Positions 19,294 through 27,746 of a stretch of 64,000 nt of DNA are shown one piece after another. Position 1 is the first letter of the stretch, and each line of letters opens with the position of its first letter. The DNA is from Candidatus Iainarchaeum sp. (GTDB lineage Archaea; Iainarchaeota; Iainarchaeia; Iainarchaeales; JAXPJC01). The position numbers and the translations under genes were made by a program. The notes beneath the pieces were generated by a model. It searched no databases. It saw nothing but the letters and a program-made list of their open reading frames with translations, and was not told the origin of the DNA. The stretch is from assembly GCA_016187745.1 (NCBI GenBank), contig JACPJC010000005.1, positions 234,437 through 298,436 on the forward strand, given 5' to 3'.

Positions 19294-19334
19294 AACCATT
19301 TAGTTGATTTCTGTTCAACCGCAGGTATATTAAT
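19294..19334. promoter_or_regulatory. Repeated promoter/operator element, copy 2
   Basis: AACCATTTAGTTGATTTCTGTTCAACCGCAGGTATATTAAT, about 32 bp upstream of 19367. Confidence 0.7.
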
Positions 19335-19366
19335 GCCAAAATTCTATGTATAAAAAGTGAGGTAGA

Positions 19367-20107
19367 ATGATGCTGAAGAGAAATGTTTTGTTGTGCCTTT
19401 CAATGCTGCTGTTAAGCCCATTTGTTTCTGCAATAGGCTCTGAATTGAATGGCAGTGAAAACTACAATTATAATCTTGCAGAGTTGAACAAACTACTGCC
19501 GTATATGGCTCTGAATAAGGATTATTCTGTAAAATTTGATTCTGTCGTGGCAAAAGCAGAGCTGCCGGAGAAGTATGTAAAATTGGGAAAGCTTTATGAA
19601 GAATATCATAACAACTTTATTCAGGCTGCAAAGGCCAATGGAGTTTACTCGAACAAAATAAAAGAATTGCCGGACAATCAATTCTTCAGCAATTTCTTCG
19701 AGTCTAAAAGCACAATGACAGCTCAAGCCACAATCTCTGCAAGCAGCCTGGTTTGCGGGGGAAGCCAGCAGCAGCCGCATCAATGCCCTGCAAGGGTAAA
19801 TTCAGGGATATCCAAGAAAAGCCAGACAGAAATATCAAATTATTTAAAGGGCATGGGATTCCACAATACTTATTGGCCAGGCTGCGGGCCGCAGGGATAT
19901 ACCTGCTCAACAGACTTTACAAAGTGGATAAGTGCATATAATTGCACTTGGGGCTCTTTCAGAACCCAGGCAAATATCTTTCAAAGCGGAACAAAATGGA
20001 CTTACAGAACACAATCCCCTGAGCCGAATCCGGAGATTTTCAGCTATTCATGGCCAGTATACTGGTGGGGAACTTATGTTTCATGGTGGCACTTATCTTG
20101 CAACTGA
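19367..20107 (+). CDS. Secreted protein with a Cys/Trp-rich C-terminal domain
   Basis: Signal-peptide-like N-terminus; six C-terminal Cys; PEPNPE...WPVYWWGTYVSWWH. Confidence 0.7.
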   Translation: MMLKRNVLLCLSMLLLSPFVSAIGSELNGSENYNYNLAELNKLLPYMALNKDYSVKFDSVVAKAELPEKYVKLGKLYEEYHNNFIQAAKANGVYSNKIKELPDNQFFSNFFESKSTMTAQATISASSLVCGGSQQQPHQCPARVNSGISKKSQTEISNYLKGMGFHNTYWPGCGPQGYTCSTDFTKWISAYNCTWGSFRTQANIFQSGTKWTYRTQSPEPNPEIFSYSWPVYWWGTYVSWWHLSCN

Positions 20108-20133
20108 ATTATTGTAAATCAGGAGAACTAAAT

Positions 20134-20463
20134 ATGAAAGAAAAATTACAGAAATTCCTCTTTCCAACCAAGATAAAGATTGCAGTCTTTTTAATTTTTA
20201 TGCTTTTGGTTGCACTTGCAACAATACAAGCATGGGGATTTGCAGATCAGCAGGGTCCAAAGCCATTTTTATATGATGCAATCAGACAGATTCCTTTCTG
20301 GGCGGCGTTGGCATATCTCCTCGCCCCGATAATGATAATAACCGTTCCACTATCGCAAGTGGGTTTGGGGCTGCTGATTTTTCCTATTGCAATAGTCTAT
20401 CTATATTTGTTCTCCTGCTTAATTGGCCTAATTCTCGAAAGATATCTTCTACAGAAACGCTAG
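20134..20463 (+). CDS. Small membrane protein (about 3 TM helices)
   Basis: Hydrophobic segments; AGGAG RBS upstream. Confidence 0.65.
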   Translation: MKEKLQKFLFPTKIKIAVFLIFMLLVALATIQAWGFADQQGPKPFLYDAIRQIPFWAALAYLLAPIMIITVPLSQVGLGLLIFPIAIVYLYLFSCLIGLILERYLLQKR

Positions 20464-20495
20464 TATCGATAAGGATAACTATCTTCTGTATTTAC

Positions 20496-20600
20496 TAAAG
20501 AACCCTGGCGCTGAACGCTTCGTTCTTCAGAACTGAGATGAAAACTATTCTGATTGTTGTCATTCCTAAACGCCCTGGCATTTATGCCAAGGTTCTTTAC
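20496..20600 (+). mobile_element. IS200/IS605-type MITE, copy 2
   Basis: 105 bp, follows TTTAC and ends TTTAC; ends nearly identical to 7703-7804, middle diverged. Confidence 0.75.
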
Positions 20601-20614
20601 GAATCAGGGGACTA

Positions 20615-20655
20615 AACTATTTGGTTGATTTCTGTTCAACCTCACATATATTAAT
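20615..20655. promoter_or_regulatory. Repeated promoter/operator element, copy 3 (diverged)
   Basis: AACTATTTGGTTGATTTCTGTTCAACCTCACATATATTAAT; palindrome core intact. Confidence 0.65.
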
Positions 20656-20687
20656 CCTCAGGGCGCGGGTTATAATGGGGGTGTGCT

Positions 20688-21041
20688 ATGGGAAAAATTG
20701 TTTTGAATATTCTGGAGCTTGCCTGCTTCAGGATTGCAAAGGAGCAGGGAATCAGGTGGTTTGAATTGCCCCATGCAAAAGTCTTATCAGGCTTGTGCAA
20801 TGGTAGGAAGCAGGGCCCTGAGGAAATTGCAGAAAATGCAGGAATTTCAAGGGACGAGGCATTTGGGGCGCTTGATGCGCTGGTTGCGAACAAGGCGCTC
20901 AGCTACGATGGCAACAGGTATTTTGCTGAAGATGCCCTGCAGGCAGTAAATATGCTGATTGACCTCGCGGAAGCAAAGCAAATAAAGCAGCCAATAGTGC
21001 AAATGCAGAAGGAGACTGAACTGCTGGAAGAATATGCCTGA
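20688..21041 (+). CDS. Putative TrmB-like HTH protein
   Basis: GPEEIAENAGISRDEAFGALDALV HTH-like segment. Confidence 0.5.
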   Translation: MGKIVLNILELACFRIAKEQGIRWFELPHAKVLSGLCNGRKQGPEEIAENAGISRDEAFGALDALVANKALSYDGNRYFAEDALQAVNMLIDLAEAKQIKQPIVQMQKETELLEEYA

Positions 21042-21183
21042 TGAAAAATCAAAAGTGCCGGAAATGGTCTGCTTCGGGCAGTACGCGAGCTATTACTTCA
21101 ACTGCAAGTTCTGCGATTCCCTGCAGGAATGCAGGGAATTTACAACCGCAAGGCGCGGGCGGGCAAAAACAAAACATTTATAG
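21034..21183 (+). CDS. 49-aa four-Cys microprotein (absent from the ORF track)
   Basis: MPDEKSKVPEMVCFGQYASYYFNCKFCDSLQECREFTTARRGRAKTKHL; same frame conserved in the paralog at 7677-7871. Confidence 0.65.
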   Translation: MPDEKSKVPEMVCFGQYASYYFNCKFCDSLQECREFTTARRGRAKTKHL

Positions 21184-21223
21184 TCTTTATGACTATAATA
21201 TACTTTATGACTTGGCGGATGCA

Positions 21224-21427
21224 ATGTTCAGGGAAGTCAGGAAGAGCGCCCATTTCGAGGAATGCCATAAAGGAGCTTTGGCATGGAGCGACATCCTGCG
21301 CCTGATTTACAAAATCAAGAGCAAGAGGAAAAAAGGGAACAGGATAGAAATTGAGGACAGGAGATTTTATATCCTGTGCGAGCTTAAAAAAGGCATCCTC
21401 TATGTCATAAATGTGAAAAGGAAATAG
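21224..21427 (+). CDS. Putative small toxin (RelE/BrnT-like position)
   Basis: 67-aa basic ORF ending in beta strands (YVINVKR), directly upstream of a Zn-ribbon/AbrB gene. Confidence 0.45.
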   Translation: MFREVRKSAHFEECHKGALAWSDILRLIYKIKSKRKKGNRIEIEDRRFYILCELKKGILYVINVKRK

Positions 21428-21437
21428 ATGGTCAGAA

Positions 21438-21758
21438 ATGAAGTGCCCGAAATGCAATTCAGGAATGAAAGAGGCCAGGGTAAGGATTCAGGACGCGAAA
21501 AGCCCTGTAATCAGCCATCAGTGCGCCAAATGCGGCTATTTTGATTTTGAGGAAAAGTCAATAAATAATGCCATCAGGGAAATCAAAATAATGGAAGCCC
21601 CGCTGAGCATAAAGCAAAAAATAATAAAATTGTCCCACGGGCGATTGGGGATGTATTTAAGCAAGGATATCGCAAGGAGCCTGAATCTGAGGGGCGGGGA
21701 GGAAGTTTATGTTTGCGTCCCCGATAAAAAGCATCTGCTGGTCAGCATAAGCTGTTAG
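21438..21758 (+). CDS. Zn-ribbon plus AbrB-like putative antitoxin
   Basis: CPKC...CAKC followed by LGMYLSKDIARSLNLRGGEEV. Confidence 0.6.
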   Translation: MKCPKCNSGMKEARVRIQDAKSPVISHQCAKCGYFDFEEKSINNAIREIKIMEAPLSIKQKIIKLSHGRLGMYLSKDIARSLNLRGGEEVYVCVPDKKHLLVSISC

Positions 21759-21764
21759 TTGTTA

Positions 21765-22397
21765 TTATTGCTTCACAACCCTCGCATCAACTGCAAGCAC
21801 TTCATTCCCAAAAGCGAACAAGGGGTTGATGTCAAGCTCAGCGATTTTTTCCTTTTGCATCAATTTTGAAACCTTCAATAAATAGGATTTTATTTTTTGG
21901 AGATTTGCCTTCTGCTTCCCCCGCGCTCCGCTAAGAAGCGCATATCCTTTTATTTCCCCTATCATTTCCTCCGCGTCTTTTGCGCTTAATGGGCAGACGC
22001 GCATTGAAACGTCCTTAAGGAGCTCAACATAAATTCCACCCAATCCAAAAAGAACAACCGGGCCAAATTGCGCATCGCGCTTCCCCCCAATTATTATTTC
22101 AGTTCCCGAAAGCATTTTCTGGAGGTATGCGCCCCTGAAGCCGGAAATGCGGGAAAGCTGTGCAAAGGCGCGCTTTGCTTCCTCAGGGGTTTGTATATTC
22201 AATTTTATTCCGCCGATGTCGGTTTTATGGGAGATTTTTGGGGCATAAATTTTCATAGCGAGGGGGAAGCCGAGCTTTCTGCAGGCATTTGCAAGGGCAA
22301 TCTCATTCTTGGCGAGCGCGCCCTTTGCGAACTTTATTCCATATTTCTCAAGCAGCCCCCTGCTCTCCAGCAAATCAAGCAAAACCATAATAATCAC
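21765..22397 (-). CDS. Acetate-CoA ligase (ADP-forming) beta subunit, ATP-grasp
   Basis: HKTDIGG, FGPVVLFGLGGIYVE..KD, ELDINP, AVDAR. Confidence 0.9.
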   Translation of the reverse strand: MIIMVLLDLLESRGLLEKYGIKFAKGALAKNEIALANACRKLGFPLAMKIYAPKISHKTDIGGIKLNIQTPEEAKRAFAQLSRISGFRGAYLQKMLSGTEIIIGGKRDAQFGPVVLFGLGGIYVELLKDVSMRVCPLSAKDAEEMIGEIKGYALLSGARGKQKANLQKIKSYLLKVSKLMQKEKIAELDINPLFAFGNEVLAVDARVVKQ

Positions 22398-22611
22398 CGA
22401 AATGCGAGCTTTTGCATAGTGTTTTAATTACTATGTTCTATATAATTATTATACATTTGTATGCTAATTTTAGGAGTGTTGAACGCCTTAAACGCTTTAG
22501 CTTGATTCATTTGTGAGTCAATAATTAAGCTTTTATATGTTCAAGCTCTTAATTAAGTACTTTTAAAGTGCTGGATGCATATTGCAAATAAAATCATCAG
22601 AGGTTTTTAAA

Positions 22612-23880
22612 ATGGGAATTAAATTGACGGCGCTCGGCGCCGCGCAGGAAGTCGGAAGGAGCGGCTTCATTGTGGATTCGGGGGACAAGATACTCCTTGA
22701 TTACGGGGTAAAACTGGGCCCGGAAGGAACGGAATACCCGCTTCCGGTAAATACCAACCTTACCGCTGCAATAATCAGCCACGCGCATCTTGACCACTCG
22801 GGGCATTTGCCAGCATTATTTGATGTTTCGCAGCCGCTTGTTTACATGACCCCCCCGACGCTTGAGATTGCAAAGCTCCTGTGGCATGACACGCTGAAGA
22901 TTGCAGGGCTTGAAGGGATGGAGGCGCACTTCACAAAGGAGGAGATTGCAAAAACCGAGCGCTTTACTTTTCCCTTAACATACAACAGGCACATAGAAAT
23001 TACAAAAAAGTCCTCAATTGAATTCTATGATGCCGGGCACATAATAGGGAGCGCAATAACAAAATTGAATCTCCATGACAAAACTTTGGTATACACGGGC
23101 GATTACAAGCCCGAGGAGACAAGGCTCTTCAAGCCCGCGGACTTGAACATGGGAAGGGCGGATTTCCTTGTAACAGAAAGCACTTACGGGGATTCGGACC
23201 ACAAGCCAAGGAAGGAAGTTGAAAAGGAATTTGTGGAAGCAGTTCAGGACACAATAGAGCATGACGGGCACGTGCTGGTTCCAGCATTCGCTGTTGCAAG
23301 AAGCCAGGAGATTGCTGAAGTATTGCACGAATACAAGATTGATGCGCCGATTTACCTGGATGGAATGGCGCAAGCCGCTGCAAGAATCTTCATGCAGTAT
23401 CCCAAATACCTCAAGAATTCGGAATTCCTGAAAAAGGCGCTCCATAATGTTCATTGGGTTGACAAGCCGAAGGTAAGGGAAATGGCGCTTAAAAGGCCGG
23501 GCATTGTAATTACAACTTCCGGAATGCTCCAGGGGGGGCCAATACACTACTACCTGAAAAAACTCTACAATGACAAGAAATCCTCGCTTTTCCTCACAGG
23601 ATTCCAGGTTGCAGGAACTCCGGGAAGGATTCTGATGGACACGGGAAAAATAAATTTGAACGGGGCAAATGTGAAAATGGAAATGAACCTGAAGAAATTC
23701 GATTTTTCAGGGCATCCGGGAAAAACCGAAATGCTAAACACCATAAAGAAACTGAACCCTGAGAAAGTGATATGCGTGCACGGGGATGCGGAAATAATTG
23801 ACCTTTTCATTATGAACATAGAGGAGCAGGGCTTTGAGGCAGTGGCGCCAAAGCGCGGGGAGACAATAAATTTATGCTGA
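22612..23880 (+). CDS. MBL/beta-CASP ribonuclease (aCPSF2-like)
   Basis: LGAAQEVGRS, HAHLDH, AGHIIGS, YTGD, ESTYG, FSGH, VHG. Confidence 0.9.
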   Translation: MGIKLTALGAAQEVGRSGFIVDSGDKILLDYGVKLGPEGTEYPLPVNTNLTAAIISHAHLDHSGHLPALFDVSQPLVYMTPPTLEIAKLLWHDTLKIAGLEGMEAHFTKEEIAKTERFTFPLTYNRHIEITKKSSIEFYDAGHIIGSAITKLNLHDKTLVYTGDYKPEETRLFKPADLNMGRADFLVTESTYGDSDHKPRKEVEKEFVEAVQDTIEHDGHVLVPAFAVARSQEIAEVLHEYKIDAPIYLDGMAQAAARIFMQYPKYLKNSEFLKKALHNVHWVDKPKVREMALKRPGIVITTSGMLQGGPIHYYLKKLYNDKKSSLFLTGFQVAGTPGRILMDTGKINLNGANVKMEMNLKKFDFSGHPGKTEMLNTIKKLNPEKVICVHGDAEIIDLFIMNIEEQGFEAVAPKRGETINLC

Positions 23881-24584
23881 TCAAGCGTTTTTGCCCGCGC
23901 TGCGGAAAGGAAACCTCCGAGCTCATAAGGGGATTCTGCAGGGAATGTTTTCTCAAGGGCCATGAGATTCTTTTTGTGGATGAGGAGCTTAAATTCCCGA
24001 GATGCAAGAGCTGCGGGAAAATAAGGATAAGGGGCGCATGGTTTTCCGACTCCCTAAAAAACCTTGAGGACTTCATCAGGTCGAAAATTAAGCTCAAGGA
24101 AATAACTGGCGAGAAACTGAATATCGGCATGTCCCCGAACAGCGATGGGAGCGTTTCCGTGCAAATCGGCGTTTCGGGAAAAATAAATGAAGACAAGATT
24201 GAATTTGAAAAGGAAATCCTGCTTAAGCCCGCAATAGTGCTGTGCGACCCGTGCATGCGCCTTGTTTCTGACTACCACGAGGCCATTCTGCAGGTAAGAT
24301 TCGGAAAAAAGCCAAGCAATGAGCAGGTTGAAAGCGAAATGGCAAGGATAAGCAAGATGCTTGAATATGAAAAAAAGGCGGATTCGCTCGCGCAGGCGAT
24401 AAAAACAACAGAGGCGACAAACGGCTTTGATGTTTATATCGGCTCGGCAAAGGCCGCAAGGAGGATTGCGGAGGCGCTCGCAAAAAGGGCGCACACAAGG
24501 GTCGTAAGCTCCTCAAAACTTATGGGAGTGGACTCAAACACAGGGAAGGCAAACAAGAGATTTACATATTGCGCTAGAGTTTAA
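23874..24584 (+). CDS. NMD3-family ribosome biogenesis protein
   Basis: Repeated CxxC motifs and YHEAILQVR. Confidence 0.85.
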   Translation: MLIKRFCPRCGKETSELIRGFCRECFLKGHEILFVDEELKFPRCKSCGKIRIRGAWFSDSLKNLEDFIRSKIKLKEITGEKLNIGMSPNSDGSVSVQIGVSGKINEDKIEFEKEILLKPAIVLCDPCMRLVSDYHEAILQVRFGKKPSNEQVESEMARISKMLEYEKKADSLAQAIKTTEATNGFDVYIGSAKAARRIAEALAKRAHTRVVSSSKLMGVDSNTGKANKRFTYCARV

Positions 24585-24659
24585 AACGGCAATGTAGCAG
24601 TTTTTAAAAAAATTTAGGTGGCCACAAATAAATAGGATGTAGGCGCCCGGTTATAAAAA

Positions 24660-25367
24660 TCAAGACTCGAACTTCTTCAGCGCTTTTGAGATTTCGTCCA
24701 GCGGCATTTTTGTTACTAACAGCGGGATTTTCTCAGCTTCCGCGATTTTTATTGCAACCGCATCCACCTTATCGTCGGCAAGGCCGTGCAATACAACAAT
24801 TGAAGGCCTCATTTCTGTTGAGAACCTTCCGACTTTAACAGCAATCATCGGGCTTCTTCCGGTTTCAACGCCGCTGAATATGAGAGCGCGCTGGGGGGTT
24901 TTCCCGTACATCTGCACATATTCATTGACAGGCACATCTATAATTGCCTTTATTGAATCAATCATGCTGTAGCCGTAAATCTGAACATCCTTGAGCTTTG
25001 CGGGATTTGCAACCGCCTGCGCATTTATCCTCTCTGCAAAATCAGTGCCCTTCAGCGAAGCTGAGAACTCATGCACATCAAACGCGCTTTCCTTGGGCTT
25101 GAATTCCCTTTCAAGCTGCTTTGTTATCTGCCCGCCCTTTTTCCTGTCAATCTCAAGCAGCGTTTCAACCAGCCTGCTTACCACTCCAATGCCCGGGCTC
25201 TTTCTTCTTCCGCCCTCATAATCCGAAATAGTGCTTGAGCTTATCTTCAAATGCTTTGCAAGCTCCAATTGATTAATCCCGAAAATCTCGCGCCATTTCT
25301 TCATGCTGCCGCCGGGATCCTTGCTGAGCGCAATTTCCCCCGCGATGGCTACTGAAAGTTGGTCCAT
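24660..25367 (-). CDS. Archaeal HTH transcriptional regulator (COG1709-like)
   Basis: IAGEIALS, KKWREIF, ISDYE.GRRKSPG, TGRSPMIAVKV. Confidence 0.85.
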   Translation of the reverse strand: MDQLSVAIAGEIALSKDPGGSMKKWREIFGINQLELAKHLKISSSTISDYEGGRRKSPGIGVVSRLVETLLEIDRKKGGQITKQLEREFKPKESAFDVHEFSASLKGTDFAERINAQAVANPAKLKDVQIYGYSMIDSIKAIIDVPVNEYVQMYGKTPQRALIFSGVETGRSPMIAVKVGRFSTEMRPSIVVLHGLADDKVDAVAIKIAEAEKIPLLVTKMPLDEISKALKKFES

Positions 25368-25433
25368 AAGAATACCGTATTATAGATTAGTGCACTAGTA
25401 TTTAAAAGCATTACGTCAATTGCCACGTGGCAA

Positions 25434-25685
25434 TTATTTGGGAACTCCAAGCAAATCAAATGCAAGGAGCGCATGCGCCAGCACTGAAATTATGAACAGA
25501 AGCCAGTAATAGCAGTGCATGTTGTAGAATTTCATCATAATTCTGCTTTTTGGATTTATTACCCTTCCGAATAAGCATCTGCACGAGAGCAGCACAAGCG
25601 CGATTCCTGCAATATTCAAAAGGCCGAATATGAAAATAAGCCTCAATTCAGTCTGCGGGTCAAATAAAGCCATTTTTACCAACAC
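25434..25685 (-). CDS. Small membrane protein
   Basis: Two hydrophobic helices with SCRC and His residues. Confidence 0.55.
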   Translation of the reverse strand: MLVKMALFDPQTELRLIFIFGLLNIAGIALVLLSCRCLFGRVINPKSRIMMKFYNMHCYYWLLFIISVLAHALLAFDLLGVPK

Positions 25686-25732
25686 ATTAATATTCTTTCA
25701 ACTATATAATATTTTCCAATAGTTTTAGCTAA

Positions 25733-26290
25733 TTACTTGCATTCTTTCATTAATCGTATTGTTGTTCCTAGCGATTCACCAGATTTTTGCCTTAATTTTG
25801 TTCTTATTTCTTGCAGTGATGGCAAGCTATCGGATTTTTCAAGCCCAATTGCATTCTTAAATCTAACTTCAAATTTCGGAGCTATGTTCCAACCTAAGCC
25901 AAGAACAGTATTGATAACGTCTTTTCTATCTGCTTCCAAGAAAATCTCTTTGCCGCCATGCTTCTTTATTGCAATTTCTATAAGCCTGAAACCAAGTCTC
26001 CCTAGGTTTAATCCGTGATAATCATCATGCAAATATCTGTGATATACATTCCACCCTTCCTTAGTTTTTATCGCTTCAAAATTACAGAGTCTCTGAAATA
26101 ATTGCTTATCGGCATTGTGTACAACAAGATTAATCCTGGACCTTTCTTTATCAATAAATGTTTGTGCAAAGATCTTTTTATTGCCATGAATTATATATTT
26201 TCCATTTAGAGTCTTTAAAAAGCTTTGGCTGCTCTTAGCTCTTCTGACCTTTTGGCTCAATGGAATGTGTTTATAGTATCTCTCTGACAT
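25733..26290 (-). CDS. Hypothetical protein, GNAT-like
   Basis: YLHDDYHGLNLG resembles GNAT motif A; basic N-terminus. Confidence 0.45.
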   Translation of the reverse strand: MSERYYKHIPLSQKVRRAKSSQSFLKTLNGKYIIHGNKKIFAQTFIDKERSRINLVVHNADKQLFQRLCNFEAIKTKEGWNVYHRYLHDDYHGLNLGRLGFRLIEIAIKKHGGKEIFLEADRKDVINTVLGLGWNIAPKFEVRFKNAIGLEKSDSLPSLQEIRTKLRQKSGESLGTTIRLMKECK

Positions 26291-26304
26291 TTTCCCGCCT
26301 GTAA

Positions 26305-26441
26305 CGAGCCGGGGGAGATTCGAACTCCCGACCTACTGCTTTCTCCATGTTGTTTTCTTTTGAACCCCAGGGCCTTTTCTTTCTTAAAGAAAAGGGGCTG
26401 TTTAGGAGGCAGTTGCCCTATCCAAACTAGGCTACCGGCTC
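26305..26441 (-). tRNA. tRNA-Arg(CCU) with a 62-nt intron at position 37/38 (26341-26402)
   Basis: GAGCCGG/CCGGCTC acceptor, ACTGC/GCAGT anticodon stem, TTCGAAT T loop; CTCC pairs with intron GGAG (BHB-like). Confidence 0.9.
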
Positions 26442-26469
26442 GTTATTGTCCAGAAGAATTAGTGTTTGG

Positions 26470-27075
26470 TTATATTAATAATTTTAATGCAACGGCGCTT
26501 ATTAGTGGAATTGCGAAATTATCATCAGCCGGGAGAAACTCCGCAAGCATCCCGAACGTTGCTGCAATAAATGCGGTCTGCGGGGCGAACAAAAGCGACA
26601 GAACCAAAAATGAGGCAATTATGCCTGCGATTGTGCCCTCAACGCTCCTTTTCCCTATCTTCAGTTTTCCAAATCTTATTCCAACAATCGGCGCAACAGA
26701 ATCCCCTATTGCAAGGACGATCAGCGCGCCCAGGACAATCTTCTCATTCTGGAAGTAAATAACATTAAGCGCAAGCAGGACAACAATCGCGAGCGCAAGC
26801 ACCAGCGCTGCTTTTCCTGGGAGATGCCTCTCATGCTCCCTCTGCACATGCTTAACAATCTCATGCAGGAATGGAACATTCACTCCGCGCTTTACCAAAT
26901 CTGAAATCACAAGCCCGATGAAGAAAATCCCCGCAAAAACAAAAAGCGAATTAAGCGCCCCGATGAGCAGAACTATTGCAATTGCAATAAGCCCGAAAAG
27001 CAGGTGGATTATCTGCCTTTTAAATTCGGAAGCATAATTCATTCCTGTTTTTTTCATTCTTACTTTCTTCTGCAT
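26470..27075 (-). CDS. Dolichol/diacylglycerol kinase family membrane protein (CTP-dependent)
   Basis: RQIIH, GDS.A..VG..FGK, KRSVEG, DDN..IP. Confidence 0.8.
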   Translation of the reverse strand: MQKKVRMKKTGMNYASEFKRQIIHLLFGLIAIAIVLLIGALNSLFVFAGIFFIGLVISDLVKRGVNVPFLHEIVKHVQREHERHLPGKAALVLALAIVVLLALNVIYFQNEKIVLGALIVLAIGDSVAPIVGIRFGKLKIGKRSVEGTIAGIIASFLVLSLLFAPQTAFIAATFGMLAEFLPADDNFAIPLISAVALKLLI

Positions 27076-27746
27076 AATACCATCTCGTGCTCCCTGTCAA
27101 AGGGCGCAAGATTCAGGGACTGCTCAATCTCAAATTCCCTCTCAAGCTCGCGCCTCGCGTTCTCGAAGATTATTTTTGTGTCCCCCTCTGAGCTGATGCT
27201 CCTTGCCTTTATTGCAATCAGCGCATAATTGTTCCTTGGAAGATAGGCAACTGCGTTTTTTATGAATATTTCCGTCTGGTTCTTCTGCGAAATGTCCTGG
27301 TACAACAGGTCAATTTTGGTCCCTTCCAGATATTCCGCATAGCCTTCCGGGGAATTCGCATCCGCAAGTATCGGGACAAGGTTCTTGCGCGTTTCGCACA
27401 GGTAAAGGAACTTTTTCATTACCCTTGCGCTCACATCAACGCCAAAAGCAATTCCATTCTCCCCGATAATGTCGGAAATATGGCTTATGGTTGTGCCTTC
27501 GGCAGAGCCCAAATAAAGAATGTTTGCCCCGCTGTTTATTGGAATTTTTTTAAGCCCCTTTTTCATTGCTCCGCAGAGCTTGCTCCGAAAAGGGTCCCAA
27601 TTGCGGTATTCAGTGCCGGAAATGCTGAAAAGCCCCTCCCCATAAACTTTTTTTCCCGGGGCGAGATTCCTTGTGAGAATCCTGTTCCCGTAGGAATAGA
27701 TTCCGGGGAATATTTCCTGCAACTTCAATTGCGCCTGCATTTTCAT
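27060..27746 (-). CDS. flpA: Fibrillarin-like rRNA/tRNA 2'-O-methyltransferase
   Basis: VYGE, YRNWDPFRSKL, LYLGSAEGTTISH, IKARSI; start set at MKMQ. Confidence 0.95.
   Translation of the reverse strand: MKMQAQLKLQEIFPGIYSYGNRILTRNLAPGKKVYGEGLFSISGTEYRNWDPFRSKLCGAMKKGLKKIPINSGANILYLGSAEGTTISHISDIIGENGIAFGVDVSARVMKKFLYLCETRKNLVPILADANSPEGYAEYLEGTKIDLLYQDISQKNQTEIFIKNAVAYLPRNNYALIAIKARSISSEGDTKIIFENARRELEREFEIEQSLNLAPFDREHEMVLCRRK

Noticed and set aside
15136-20655. The three 41-bp repeats as a CRISPR array or integron attC sites
   Set aside because: Spacing is kilobases, no integrase is present and attC structure is not evident; position fits promoters
21041-21427. 128-aa ORF from the track
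   Set aside because: Its 5' half overlaps the better supported Cys microprotein in another frame; the real gene probably starts at 21224
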